Assembly: GCA_036867785.1 (NCBI GenBank)
Contig: CP145409.1
Location: 1,798,001-1,862,000, forward strand
Length of the DNA stretch: 64,000 nt
Reading direction: 5' to 3'
Origin: Plasmodiophora brassicae
Taxonomy: Eukaryota
Below the pieces are notes generated by a model, which saw only the letters and a program-made list of their open reading frames with translations, did no database searches and was not told where the DNA came from. This document shows, piece after piece, positions 1 to 10,787 of this stretch; positions within the stretch are counted from its first letter, which is position 1, and each line of letters starts with the position of its first letter. The position numbers and the translations under genes are program-made.

Positions 1-516
1 TATATCTGCTGGGGCTGCCTGGTGTTCCTACCCGTCGTGTATACGTCGCAGGCCTATTACCTGGCGTCGCACCCGATCCAGCTGAGCACGCCGTTGGCCA
101 CTGCGATCTTCGTTGCGGGATTGGCGTGCATCTGGCTGAACTACGATTGCGATCGGCAGCGCAAGCGCTTCCGAGAGAGTCGTGGGAACAGCCTCGTCTG
201 GGGTCGTCCTGCCGAGTACATCACAGCGCGTTACACTGCTGGAGATGGGACCGCCCATGAATCCTTGCTGCTCTGCTCCGGATGGTGGGGCGTGTCTCGC
301 CACTTCCATTACATCCCGGAGGTGCTGGCATCTTTCTTCTGGAGCCTGCCGGCGTTGTTCAACCACTTCATGCCGTACCTGTACACAGTCTACCTCGCCA
401 TCCTGCTGGCTGATCGGGCGATCCGCGACGAAAAGCGCTGTCGTGACAAGTACGGCAAGGATTGGGACAAGTACTGCGCTCGCATCCCCTATTACGTCAT
501 CCCATATGTCTTCTAA
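1..516 (+). CDS. DHCR7: 7-dehydrocholesterol (sterol delta-7) reductase, 3' part; gene begins upstream of the window
   Basis: Frame is open from base 1 (YICWGCLVFLP...). ERG4/ERG24 family motifs LLCSGWWGVSRHFHY and RDEKRCRDKYGKDWDKYC, with a DWF5-like C-terminus. Confidence 0.88.
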   Translation, partial: YICWGCLVFLPVVYTSQAYYLASHPIQLSTPLATAIFVAGLACIWLNYDCDRQRKRFRESRGNSLVWGRPAEYITARYTAGDGTAHESLLLCSGWWGVSRHFHYIPEVLASFFWSLPALFNHFMPYLYTVYLAILLADRAIRDEKRCRDKYGKDWDKYCARIPYYVIPYVF

Positions 517-555
517 ATGCTCTGGCCATATTCCAATTGACGCCATTTAGCATGT

Positions 556-1152
556 TCATAGAGTTGGTCGTCGTTTAGGAGGTTTTACGCGTGGGGGTTT
601 AGGCGGAACGTCACCGCTAACGGCAAGTTTGTGTGTGGCCAGAAACGCGTCGTTCTTCCAGACTTCATCAACGGTGCGGGCACCCGATAGCGGTATCAAC
701 TTGCCGCTGGGGTACACCGTAGCGAGATGCGCTGCTACACGATCCGCCAATGAGTCGCTTGCCGGCCTCACCGCCGATTTGCCTCGTAATCGCTCCTCGT
801 CGTGCATTCGTCGTTGGCGTTCCAGATCAGAACTCGACAGAAGACAAGGCTGCGCCGCATCGGTCGCATCGCTAGGTTCGGCACGAGTTGAACGACTTGC
901 CCCGCGACGACGGCCAGCCTTACGATCGTGACGACGACGGTTGTCATCCGAGTCGTAGTCTGAATCATGACGTCGTTTACGACGTGGCCGGTCGTCGCGT
1001 CGGTCCTGCTCATACGCAGCCCACATTCGCTGTTGCTCCAACTGTCGGTTATGCGTGTCGACCTGGCGGACGATGCCCTGCAGTAGACGCCGCCCACGAT
1101 CCCCGTCATCGTCCCGCGGATGACCACTTCGGCTGTCCGCCGCCATTCGCAT
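556..1152 (-). CDS. hypothetical Arg/Asp-rich protein
   Basis: 198-aa ORF filling the gap between DHCR7 and the tRNAs; no recognised domain. Confidence 0.5.
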   Translation of the reverse strand: MRMAADSRSGHPRDDDGDRGRRLLQGIVRQVDTHNRQLEQQRMWAAYEQDRRDDRPRRKRRHDSDYDSDDNRRRHDRKAGRRRGASRSTRAEPSDATDAAQPCLLSSSDLERQRRMHDEERLRGKSAVRPASDSLADRVAAHLATVYPSGKLIPLSGARTVDEVWKNDAFLATHKLAVSGDVPPKPPRVKPPKRRPTL

Positions 1153-1358
1153 CGGCCGCGCGGATAGCGTCGTGCAAGACCGTCAGCCAGTCACGGACTC
1201 GAAAACGAAGGCGAGGAACGGCAGGACAGGTCACGAATCATGACTGGCAGACCCAGCAGAACTAAATAGTGCATCGGTTACCGCCTATCGGTGTCGGGTG
1301 CACAGGCATGTCAGCGATGCAAAAAGAGAGTCCAGGACAGAAATCTTCATCTTGGCAG

Positions 1359-1429
1359 TGCGCCTGCCGGGAATCGAACCCGGATCAAGTCGTTGGCAAC
1401 GACCCATTGTACCATTCAACCACAGGCGC
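1359..1429 (-). tRNA. tRNA-Gly(GCC)
   Basis: Reverse complement GCGCCTGTGGTTGAATGGTACAATGGGTCGTTGCCAACGACTTGATCCGGGTTCGATTCCCGGCAGGCGCA: 71 nt, cloverleaf, GTTCGA T-loop, GCC anticodon. Confidence 0.95.
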
Positions 1430-1546
1430 GTTTGACGACCCGTTCCTTCCGTAACCCTCTTGGCATTATCTTCGCCTCTGTTATTGTGTACATACCGTGC
1501 CGGTTTGATTCCGGTCCCGTGCAGTGCTTTCAACCGTCAACCGGTC

Positions 1547-1578
1547 GCTGAGAATGTAGCGGGCTGAGAATGTAGCGG
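1547..1578. repeat. 16-bp tandem duplication (GCTGAGAATGTAGCGG x2)
   Basis: Exact adjacent copies at 1547-1562 and 1563-1578. Confidence 0.85.
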
Positions 1579-1683
1579 TCCTGGTGCGACAGAATGATAG
1601 ACGTCGACGAGCAACGGACTCCGGCCAATGGATTTGGTTCCTGCCGGTGAGGCCGAACAAAAACCACCAAAACCAACGATGCT

Positions 1684-1754
1684 TGCGCCTGCCGGGAATC
1701 GAACCCGGACCAAGTCGTTGGCAACGACCCATTGTACCATTCAACCACAGGCGC
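1684..1754 (-). tRNA. tRNA-Gly(GCC), second copy
   Basis: Identical to 1359-1429 except one variable-loop base. Confidence 0.95.
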
Positions 1755-1905
1755 GAAGACGGTTGTTTTGCGCTGCCGCACAGTCCATGCGCCGGGCGAC
1801 GATCGGGACGGTAACGCAACCGGTGCAGCCCCGGACTGCGTTCTGAGCTGACGGCGGAGTCGGTATCGGGAGAGCCTGGCTGGATCGGATGACGCTCGCC
1901 GCAGC

Positions 1906-3988
1906 ATGACGGCCGATGCGGCTACCCGCGTCGTGGACGTCGGTGGATCATGCAATGCGCTGTCTGTGTCCCCGATGCATGACCGCGTCGCGGTCGGCGG
2001 CCGGGACGTGTTCAAGATCGTCCCGATCGCGCAGATGCAGGCGCTCGTCCCGAACGGCATCGCCAACCTTCGCACGGGGAAGATTAACTTGACGTTCTCA
2101 TCGAATGACGTTCAGTGGAACCCGAAGTCGTCATCCCTCATCGCGACGGCTGCGACGAACGGCAAAGTCGTCATCTGGGACTCGGACCGGTCGACGGGTT
2201 CGAAACAGGACCGCGTCCTGACCGACCACACTCGGACCGTCAACCGCGTCTCCTGGCACCCGTTTGACCCTGTACTACTAAGCGGTTCTCAGGATGGCAC
2301 CATCAAACTCTGGGACATGCGCGTCCGTCAAGGCTGCCAGGTAAAACACCCTATCAGCCTCCCAACATCTGAATGGTTCCTGACGAATCCACAGGCGACC
2401 ATAAATGGTCGATGCGGATCTGTTCGTGACGTTCAGTGGTGCAGCGCGAACCCGTCGTATCTTGCCGCTGGTCTGGACTCGGGACTGGTTCAGATCTGGG
2501 ACCTGCGGCGTACCAGCGCGGTTGAGCTCGAAATATCATCACATCAAGGACCTGTTCTGTGCATTGACTGGCACCACGACGAACGGGGTATTCTCGCTAC
2601 GGCCGGGCGTGACCGGCTCGTTAAAGTCTGGAACCTACTGGGCTCACCTGGCGACGCGCCGGTTCACACGATTGCAACCGTTGCTAGTGTTGCACGTGTC
2701 CGATGGCGTCCTGGTTTTCCGTCGCACCTGACGACCTCTTCGACATTGTTTGATAACCGCGTTCACGTCTGGGACCTTCATCACCCATTCATTCCGATCG
2801 CCACGTTCTCGTCGCACTGTGACGTCGTAACGGGATTCCAATGGCTGGATCGAGGCACTCGCATCGTTACGTGCTCAAAGGACTCCCGGGTTGTCCTCGC
2901 CAATATCGCGACCGATTCCCACTGTCCGTATTCGAGTATGAGAACGTCATGCTTGTCTTGGAATATCACCGGGGATCTCGCTGTTGTCAACGACACGTTC
3001 GATCGAGCTGAAGCCTGTAATCGGCGCTTTATTGCGACACCGTTTCACCTTGTCTCCATGCCTTCGTCGCCAGTCGGGGCGGTCAAAATCCTATCGCCCG
3101 TCGATGATTCGCAGCGACAGTTCAGAACATTCGCTGAACGATATATTCTGTCTTGTGCTTCTTTCACTGTACTGTGTGCGAAGAACGCTACTGTCGCTGA
3201 CGACCTCGGGCGAAAGGATCTCTCGCGGGTTTGGAAAATCTGTTCAAGCTTGTTCGAAGACATTGTTGAAACGGAGGGCACTCCAACCAGAGTACGACGT
3301 TTCAGCAGCGACCAATTTGACGTTGGCGGCGGCATGTTCGAACTGGTAACTGACCACGACATCTCACAGCGGTCTCTTTTGGAATGTTTACCGCACGTTC
3401 GTCCGCTTGGGCCTTCACCAGTTGAGGCGATTCGGCAAGGGGCCATATCGGACCTCCTGTGCGAGCTAGCCGACAATGGGGAGATTCAGACCAGTGCCAG
3501 CATTATTATCGTTCTGGGGCGACGGTCCCATTTCCTCGAAGCGAGATTCGTCAGACGATGCCTCGTCTCATACATAGAGCTGCTTCACCGACATCAGCTC
3601 TGGATATGCGCGAACGAGGTGGTTCGGTCTGGGCCAGACCGTTCTGTCGCGTCCATGAACCAGAATGAAACAAAGGTGGGACGCATACCCATTTACTGTC
3701 GAGTGACCTATTTGATCGTAATTGGTTGCTCGTGCAAAGGTATCACTCCGGTGCCATGTCTGCGATGAGCCCCGACGCCGATCGGAAGGCATGTGCGGTA
3801 AATGTCGATCTGTCCAGCGTTGCTCCGTTTGTCGCCGTCGCGTCACCGGCATATTCGTTTGGTGCCAAGGGTGCGGCCACGGCGGGTGCTCTCGCCATAT
3901 TCTCGACTGGTTCCGGCACAACACGCAATGTCCATCCGGTTGCCTTCACCAATGTCGCCCAAACGTCGTAACATCGTCGTCTTCCTAA
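1906..3988 (+). CDS. WDR24: GATOR2/SEA complex WD40-RING protein (WDR24/Sea2/Rtc1-like); introns ~2341-2394 (in frame) and ~3676-3739
   Basis: N-terminal WD40 propeller (HTRTVNRVSWH, SGSQDGTIKLWD) and C-terminal CSVC...WCQGCGHGGC...WF...CPSGCLHQC zinc finger/RING typical of WDR24. Confidence 0.88.
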
Positions 3989-4404
3989 TATACGTGACAG
4001 AAATGCCATCACCGTCTGCTTTATCACCTGACTCCCGAACTCGAATTGTGGGCCGTCGCCACAGTCGTTGCCGGAAGCGGTATTGTACACGACCGCCCCC
4101 ACCATTCACTATGGTGATGTTCTCAGGATGGTCTCGGTGTCCGATTTCGTGGGTTGTGTGGCGCTGGTACGTCTACGCCGCGTAGCCAACTGGTGCTCGA
4201 CCACTGCGCAAGGCCATATGCCATCAATATCGTTAGGAGCATAGGGAAACAGGCGCTTACTGACGCGCGTGTACTCTCAGCCGTACATGTCAGCACCGCC
4301 GTTGTCGCGAAAATCGCAACGGTTTCGCAGCCCTTCGGAAGCTCATGAGTCATGACTATCGTGGGCAAAAAACAGCGTTGCAGTTTCACGGTTCAAATCG
4401 CGTT

Positions 4405-5656
4405 ATGGAGCGGATTGCACTACGGGTGCGATGGAGTGGGCGGCTGTACGAGCTCGATGTCGACGGGCAGGATACGCTGCTGGACGTGAAGCGAGCGCTG
4501 TCGGAGCTGACGAACGTGCTGCCAGCGAGGCAGAAGCTGCTTATCAAGGATGTGACGACCGGGAAACCGGCGATGGATGGCACGATCGCACTAGCGTTCG
4601 CGCGGAAGAAGCCAGATGAGCCGATCGCCTGCGTTATGGTCGGTACGCCCGAGAAGGACATTATCGTGTACGATGTGGAGAGGGAGGAATCCGACGTCCT
4701 GAACGACCTGGATCTGGATTACTCGCGATCCGTCATCGATGCCGTGCATAACAACCCTGAGTACCATCAGTTAATCGAACAAGTGACCAGGAAAACGGAA
4801 CTGAACATCATTAATCCACTGCGACCTGGCAAACGGCTGCTTGTCCTTGATCTCGTATGTGTCGTTTAACGCTGTTATGTCCCTGGCCTCGAAGTGACAT
4901 CGCGTTCAGGACTATACATTGTTCGACATGAAGAGCTCGGCGTCCAACTTCCTGGATCTGAAGCGTCCGTTTACTGATGATTTCCTTAAGGTTGCCTATC
5001 AGCACTACGACATCTGCGTCTGGTCTCAGACGCATTGGAGATATCTGGTGGGTGCTGTGACAGGTCGTCGTAAGCCATCTTATTCGGTGAACAGGAGATG
5101 AAGCTGACGGAGCTTGGCATTCTTACCCATAACGAGTACCGTATCAGCTTCGTTCTGGACCGCACTTCGATGTTCTCGGTGAGCGGTATCGTCAAGGGCA
5201 AGTCGCGGAAGCACCAAGTGAAACCGCTGAAAGTGATATGGAACAAGTTCCCACAGTTCAATGCAAAGAACACGCTCCACATTGATGACCTCTGTAAGTT
5301 GACGTTCTGGGCATCCTCTCTCGCTCATCTGACATCTGCCGTATACAGCGAGAAATTTCGCCATGAACCCAGCTAATGGTACGCATTCCGTTCCGGGCTC
5401 TCGAGGTCCATGAAACCGATGCCGAATTGCGCATTTAGGACTCAAGATATCGGCGTTCCGAGACGCGCATCGTATGAAACTGACCGACAATGAGCTGCTC
5501 CACCTATCTGAGTACGTACAACATCTGTCAAGTGTAGGTCATGTTTGTCCTTGCCCGGCAATGTTGACTGAACGAAGTCACTGTAGCACGACGATTTCAC
5601 GAAGCTGGACCATAACAAGTGGAAGGAGATACTTCGAAAATCCAAGTAACGTTTAA
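4405..5656 (+). CDS. UBLCP1: ubiquitin-like domain-containing CTD phosphatase 1 (multi-exon)
   Basis: N-terminal UBL (LTNVLPARQKL), LLVLDL|DYTLFD DxDxT motif across an intron, ICVWSQT, VKPLKVIW and HIDDL motifs. Confidence 0.88.
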
Positions 5657-5693
5657 TGAACCGTCCTATGTGTATTTTATCTACCAGACGGCC

Positions 5694-7619
5694 TTAAATA
5701 GGTGGTAGAACAAAGCTTCCGGGCGCCTCGTCGTCTACAGCGCTGCCATCGTCGTCGTTGTTGTTCGGGCAGCTGACGTCTGTGCATTTGGGCCGCGTAC
5801 GCGAATCTCGCAGGTCCCAGCGCCTGGCGCAGGTTTCGCATTCAATGTCGATAACGCCATTCAGCTTCTGCGAACGGCTTTTCTGCTGCGTTTCGACGTT
5901 CTTGTCGTGCTGTTGAATTCGCCATCTCGTGGCTACCAGGGCCTCGTTCATGTCGAACTTCTCAGCGTTCAATATGAACTCCATTTCCCTCAGCTCCCAG
6001 TACTCGCGCTCTCGTTGCAGATGTTCGTCTACACGTCGCACCGCTTTTCGTACGTCTCTGGCCACGCGCCTCTGTTCGATATGGTTCGCCCGTCCTTTGA
6101 TCTTGTTCTCTGAGTACAGGAACCTCTGCGCGTCGCCGTTCAGTTTGCTCATCACGGCCGCCTGGTGATGAGACATGAAATGCTTCTTGAAGAACGGCTC
6201 CTCAAACAGGTTGAACTCCTTCGCCTTGTTCTCTCCTTTGGCCAGCTGCTTTTCCAACTCCTCGATGAACGCCTCGCTCTGCTCACGAAGCTTCTTCTTA
6301 TGGCTCATCTTGATCCTGTATCTTTCCAACGCAGTCAGCTTCGATTCTGACCGATGCTGCCGAGACACGGTTAATGACAATATCCGGAATGCCATTGGAC
6401 CGGCACGTTGACGTACGTGCTTTCGGGACGGTACCGTCACCTCCGGAATGATGAAGTTCAAGTTGCCGCGCGCGATCGTCGCAAAGACACCTCCTCCGCT
6501 GCCGCCGGTGCTGGACACTTGGCGATGATGTGCGGGAACGACGCTTACGCGCCGATTCCGCTGTGAGTTCCCCGAGTTCACTCTCGGCAAGTGCTTGCTG
6601 ATCGCAATTGCAGACAGGGATCGCAACGGCATCACTTTCGAACCTTTCTTCCTGCCACGCCGTCGTCGTCGTTTCTGCCGACGAAGGCTCCGTCCCGTCT
6701 GAGCCACATCGATATCGTCATCGTCTCCGTCATCCTCGTCGTTGACCACATGTCGTGTCGTCTTAGCTGGTGACGCCACCGCAGAGCTCTTCACTCTCGG
6801 CAACGTAATCGTCTTGTGGGCCAACTGGCCGAATCCCGCCGGCGTGTACAACAACGGCGACGCTAGTAGACGACGTCGGTAGCATGGTACCTGGTCCAGA
6901 AGGGCGAACCGTGGCGTCCGCTGCTTGGGGCGATGTCGTACTTCCGCCTTATTTTCCCTGTCGCTGTCGCTGGTATCGTCACCGGCCGACTCCTCCTCCA
7001 GATCGCTCAGCACACGGCTGTTCTCGAATTGTCTGACGGTCTCCTCATTTTCTCCTTGAACGTGCACGGCTTCCTCCCCTGGCTGGTAGTCGTCTTGTTG
7101 ACCGTCCTCATCGTGATGCCCATTGGTCATCGTTTCAGGGCCGTCGCTTTCGTGACTGATGAGCCATTGTTCGATGTTCGAGACGAGCGCAACTGATTCT
7201 GGCAAAGTGGACACGGCGACGGGGACAGGACCAGGTTGGTCGCCGCTCCACTCCTCAGGCCACTTCTCGGACCAGAAGTCGGCATCCGAGCCCGGTTTCG
7301 CAGCGACAACGCCTTTGCCTTCGTTGTACGTTGACGGGTCGTCGTCTGGGAACACCTTACCCACCGCTTTCCTCGTCAGGTCGTGCTGGATGCGTTTCTC
7401 GAGCTCGTCCAGGCGATTGGAGATCCGCGGCGACAGCATGAACGTGGACGCGTTCTGGACGGGTCGCAGCGCCCAGTTGATGCCGTACGCCGCCTGCCGG
7501 TTAATCGGCAGGTTCTTCACGATCGATTCCGCTTCCAGTGCCTGGAACGTCAGCCGGTTGCGGTAACGCGGCGATACCAGGTACTCGACGTTGTCATCGT
7601 CGCAGTGGCTCGACGCCAT
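5694..7619 (-). CDS. hypothetical coiled-coil protein (~640 aa; may contain in-frame introns)
   Basis: Long open frame, likely start MASSHCDD at 7619; C-terminal coiled coil and CxxC...CxxxxC. Confidence 0.65.
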   Translation of the reverse strand: MASSHCDDDNVEYLVSPRYRNRLTFQALEAESIVKNLPINRQAAYGINWALRPVQNASTFMLSPRISNRLDELEKRIQHDLTRKAVGKVFPDDDPSTYNEGKGVVAAKPGSDADFWSEKWPEEWSGDQPGPVPVAVSTLPESVALVSNIEQWLISHESDGPETMTNGHHDEDGQQDDYQPGEEAVHVQGENEETVRQFENSRVLSDLEEESAGDDTSDSDRENKAEVRHRPKQRTPRFALLDQVPCYRRRLLASPLLYTPAGFGQLAHKTITLPRVKSSAVASPAKTTRHVVNDEDDGDDDDIDVAQTGRSLRRQKRRRRRGRKKGSKVMPLRSLSAIAISKHLPRVNSGNSQRNRRVSVVPAHHRQVSSTGGSGGGVFATIARGNLNFIIPEVTVPSRKHVRQRAGPMAFRILSLTVSRQHRSESKLTALERYRIKMSHKKKLREQSEAFIEELEKQLAKGENKAKEFNLFEEPFFKKHFMSHHQAAVMSKLNGDAQRFLYSENKIKGRANHIEQRRVARDVRKAVRRVDEHLQREREYWELREMEFILNAEKFDMNEALVATRWRIQQHDKNVETQQKSRSQKLNGVIDIECETCARRWDLRDSRTRPKCTDVSCPNNNDDDGSAVDDEAPGSFVLPPI

Positions 7620-7749
7620 CCCAGATTCTGATCGCGAATCTGACCGCCGTACCTCCGCCCAGATTCGAACGCGTTCGCAGGCACGCGGTGCCGGTCGTAT
7701 CCACTGACGACGACAATGGCGTCCTATTGGCTCGACATTACACACATTG
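7178..7749. repeat. ~570-bp segment (5' end of the 5694-7619 gene plus promoter) duplicated at 9121-9445 + 14484-14664
   Basis: Colinear near-identical blocks, e.g. TTTGCCTTCGTTGTAC...GTCGTCTGGGAAC, GGCGACAGCATGAACGTGGA, ATGGCGTCCTATTGGCTCGACATTACAC. Confidence 0.85.
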
Positions 7750-7929
7750 TGTCAATTTGCTAATCAAGGGGACGACACGACAGAAATCGGTAACGGTGGT
7801 GCATAACCAGAAATCGACGACTGGATGGCCGCTGTCCAAGGTGTTGTATTCAGAATCCATGTCTGAACATGGTAGAGGTATTCAAATGTCAGGCGTCAGT
7901 CGTCATCCACGATCTGCTGACGTAACCAG

Positions 7930-8789
7930 TTAGTAACTGGGCATCAGCCATTGGGATAATACCCCGGCTACATAAGCCTTCGGGATCACCCATTCGTCGC
8001 CTGCCAACTTTACAATGCTCTGGAACGTGACATCGTAGCGGCACAGAGGGCAAGTACTGTCACGGTACAGCCAGCTGAAGATGCATATCGTGTGAAAGCA
8101 ATGGGCACAGTCCAGGCGCGTGGCAGCACCTTCGTCCGACTCGTGACAGATGGCACATCTGGACGTGGCAAGGTCAGTACGCGAATTAAAAAGCGCATGG
8201 CCGTATGGGGCAATGAGAAATATTACGAACTGGTGGCCAGGAGCCAAGTTGGGCGTGGGCGGCCTCAGAGTCCCTATCTGCAGGGCGGTTTCTCCTGTCC
8301 CAGGTACTTGTATAGTCACTCCGAAGGCTACAATGAATAGGGGCATTACGAGATAGTTGGCGGCTTCAAGAACCCGTGTCGTCTGAGACGGGCTCCTAGC
8401 TCCGAGCTCGTTCCGGATCCATTCGCTGGCATCCTCGACCTCCTGTTGATAGGGCCACAAGTGACCTTCCGTTAAAAGCACATACGCGATGTCAGGCAAT
8501 GTTGACATACATTATGCACTTCTTTCATGTACCGCACGAGATCGGTAAACGCGTCAGGGTCGATATCGACTAGAGGCGATATGCAGGAGTCACTATAGTC
8601 ACCAAGGACATGGACCAAGTCGCCAAGCAACGTCGAGTGCATGACGGCACGGTCGTTGGGAAGATGATGAACAACGTTGTCTTTGGTCTGAACTTGAAGA
8701 GCTTCGCCAAATCCTTTGAGGTGGACGATCAGGAGCAGAGAGAGCAGGACGGGCTTGAGACGGCAGGTCAAATGTTGGTTGTGTGACAT
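7930..8789 (-). CDS. signal peptide + SKP1/POZ-like + RING-H2 protein, copy 1 (introns ~8443-8510 and ~8159-8230)
   Basis: MSHNQHLTCRLKPVLLSLLLIVHLKGFGEA hydrophobic leader, RVLEAANYLVMPL, and RING-H2 CAIC...CAHCFHTIC...CPLC. Confidence 0.8.
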
Positions 8790-9120
8790 TCCGGTCCTTC
8801 GCTTCTTGATCTCGTCGACAGGGCGCACTGCTTGTCCCAACTGGGCGATCTCTGATACGCAAGTCAATTCGGACTGGTTCTGGCTTGGCCGCAAGCCGCT
8901 GCGCGTACAGGAACGTTACTAATAGTGCGGCTTGTCTCCACACGCACGACATGCGCAACCAGAATCGCCGTACGGTGTCCGGAGGGCGGAGACCCCGAAA
9001 GTCAGGAGACATCGAGACTGATCCGACGCATACATTGTGGTGATTTGCATTCCCAAGCTCGAAGGGTTGCTGGAGAATGGAACACCCCAGCCAGGTCGTC
9101 CGCCCTCGCACGCTCATCAG

Positions 9121-9445
9121 TCGAGACGAGCTCGACTTATCCTGACAATTTGGACACGGCTTGGTCGCTGTTCCACTCCTCAGGTCAGTTCTCAGACCAG
9201 ACATCGACATTCGATCCCGGTCCGCAGCGGCAAACGCGAATTTGCCTTCGTTGTACTTTGGCGGATCGTCGTCTGGGAACATCTTACCCGCCGTTTTCTT
9301 CGTCAGGGCGTGCTGCGTGCGTTTCTCAAGCTCGTCGAGGCGATTAGAGATCTGCGGCGACAGCATGAACGTGGATGTACGCGTTCTGGACGGGTCGCAG
9401 CGCCCAGCTGATGCCATACGTCGCCTGCGGGTTAATCGGAAGGTT
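9121..9445 (-). pseudogene. degenerate copy of the 5' region of the 5694-7619 gene, interrupted by the LTR element (continues from 14484)
   Basis: TFMLSPQISNRLDELEKRTQHALTKKTAGKMFPDDDP matches TFMLSPRISNRLDELEKRIQHDLTRKAVGKVFPDDDP; indels break the frame. Confidence 0.8.
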
Positions 9446-9613
9446 AATCGGGACACTGGTGCGACCTCGAGTCCGCAGAGTGCCTTAGATCAGCAATCAT
9501 AGGGCGCCTCCCACATATACCGCGCAACACTGCCGTACGGCGTCCGTGGCGCACCAATCATACATTCTGCTATCTGGCCTTGTCTGGTCTTGTCCGTGTC
9601 CTGCGTGTTAATT
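9446..9613 (+). repeat. 5' LTR (168 bp)
   Basis: AATCGGGACAC...GTGTTAATT, identical to 14311-14478. Confidence 0.95.
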
Positions 9614-9626
9614 GGTTTTGGGCCCA
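9614..9626 (+). promoter_or_regulatory. primer-binding site, copia/hemivirus type (anticodon arm of initiator tRNA-Met)
   Basis: GGTTTTGGGCCCA directly abuts the LTR; 12/13 match to the GGTTATGGGCCCA half-tRNAi-Met PBS. Confidence 0.65.
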
Positions 9627-9639
9627 TCCCAAGCCTTAC

Positions 9640-9800
9640 CCCTGTCCCTGTTCCTGTCCCCGTCCCTGTCCCCGTCCCTGTCCCTGTTCCTGCCCCAGCC
9701 CCAGTTCCCGTACTGTCCCGTGTCCCAGCCCGTGTCGTGATCCAGTTCGCGTTGTGACCGCCCGCGCCCCACGCTCGGTTTGTACCCGTCCCTGTCCCCC
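9640..9800 (+). repeat. degenerate 6-bp (CCTGTC/CCCGTC) repeats in the retroelement leader
   Basis: CCTGTCCCTGTTCCTGTCCCCGTCCCTGTCCCCGTCCCTGTC... between the PBS and the gag start. Confidence 0.75.
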
Positions 9801-9817
9801 TGCTCCCGCCGCCCGCA

Positions 9818-10765
9818 ATGGCGGAGGACTGGAACCAGATCGTCACAAACCTGAACTCTCAGATCCAGCACCTGCAACAGCAACAACAACAACAGCAGCA
9901 GCTTCTACAACAACAGCACGATCAACTGCTACAACAGCAACAACTACTGCAGCAGCAACCGTCCCCACAACAGCGAACGGTCTCACAGCATCATGTTTCC
10001 GAGCCCAAGGTCAAGCTCCCCCCCATCTACAACGGCGGCCGTGGAGAACTTCGCGGTTTCCTGAACCAAGTCAAGCTGGTTATCACCCAGCGGCCTGCCA
10101 CCTATGCGACCGACGCTCAGAAGGTCGCGCTGGTGGGACAGCTGCTGGGTGGTGATGCTCTTCGGTGGTTTAATCCGTTGTTCGAAAAGGACGACGCGGT
10201 GCTGACGGAGTTCGTCGCCTTTATCAAGGCCTTCAAGACAAGGTTCGGTGACCCTCATCTAGCCGAGACTGCGGCACGGAAGCTACAGCATCTTCGTCAG
10301 GGCCGAGGCACTGTCGCCCGCTTCGCGACAGAGTTCCAAAACCTGGTGGCGGACGCCGGGTTCAACGACTCAGCCTGCCGACACATGTTCCGCGCCGGCC
10401 TGTCCAGGGACGTGCAGTTCCTGCTGCTGTCCCTGCCCGTCGCCGAGACGCTTGACGAGCTTGTCATACAGGCAATCCGGTGTGACAACCGCCTGGCCGA
10501 GCACCGATCGACCACCGCCCTCGTTCCTGTCCCTGCTGCCTCCGCCGCCGCAGTGCCGTCCGCTCCTCCCCCAGCCCCGGCCGCCGCGGTTGGGGATCCC
10601 ATGGTTATCGACGCCGCGATCGGCGGTGGGCCCCGCGCGCCCTTAACCCAAGACGAGAAAGATCGCCGTCGTCGCGAAGGCCTATGCCTTTACTGCGGGG
10701 TGGCTGGCCATGTCGCAGTGTCCTGTCCCGTGCGTCCGCAGGGAAACGCCTCCCGGCGTGGCTGA
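9818..10765 (+). CDS. gag: Gag, Ty3/Gypsy (sushi/PEG10-like) type, with N-terminal poly-Gln and a CCHC zinc knuckle
   Basis: KLPPIYNG..ELRGFL, LLGGDALRWF, LRQGRGTVARFATEF, DPMVID, LTQDEKDRRRREGLCLYCGVAGHVAVSCP. Confidence 0.9.
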   Translation: MAEDWNQIVTNLNSQIQHLQQQQQQQQQLLQQQHDQLLQQQQLLQQQPSPQQRTVSQHHVSEPKVKLPPIYNGGRGELRGFLNQVKLVITQRPATYATDAQKVALVGQLLGGDALRWFNPLFEKDDAVLTEFVAFIKAFKTRFGDPHLAETAARKLQHLRQGRGTVARFATEFQNLVADAGFNDSACRHMFRAGLSRDVQFLLLSLPVAETLDELVIQAIRCDNRLAEHRSTTALVPVPAASAAAVPSAPPPAPAAAVGDPMVIDAAIGGGPRAPLTQDEKDRRRREGLCLYCGVAGHVAVSCPVRPQGNASRRG

Positions 10766-10787
10766 AATCCCGGTCGGTCGCCACGCC
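10741..10787 (+). promoter_or_regulatory. programmed -1 ribosomal frameshift signal
   Basis: G GGA AAC heptamer in the gag frame, a 7-nt spacer, then an 8-bp stem GGCGTGGC (10755-62)/GCCACGCC (10780-87); pol is in the -1 frame. Confidence 0.85.

Noticed and set aside
1359-1754. tRNA pair as an integration-site duplication
   Set aside because: Both copies are full length, the spacer is only ~250 bp, and no integrase is nearby; ordinary tRNA gene duplication.
4345-5656. Fragmented ORFs suggesting pseudogenes or an altered genetic code (also at 36-37 kb and 62-64 kb)
   Set aside because: Breaks coincide with short GT-AG introns that restore the frame.
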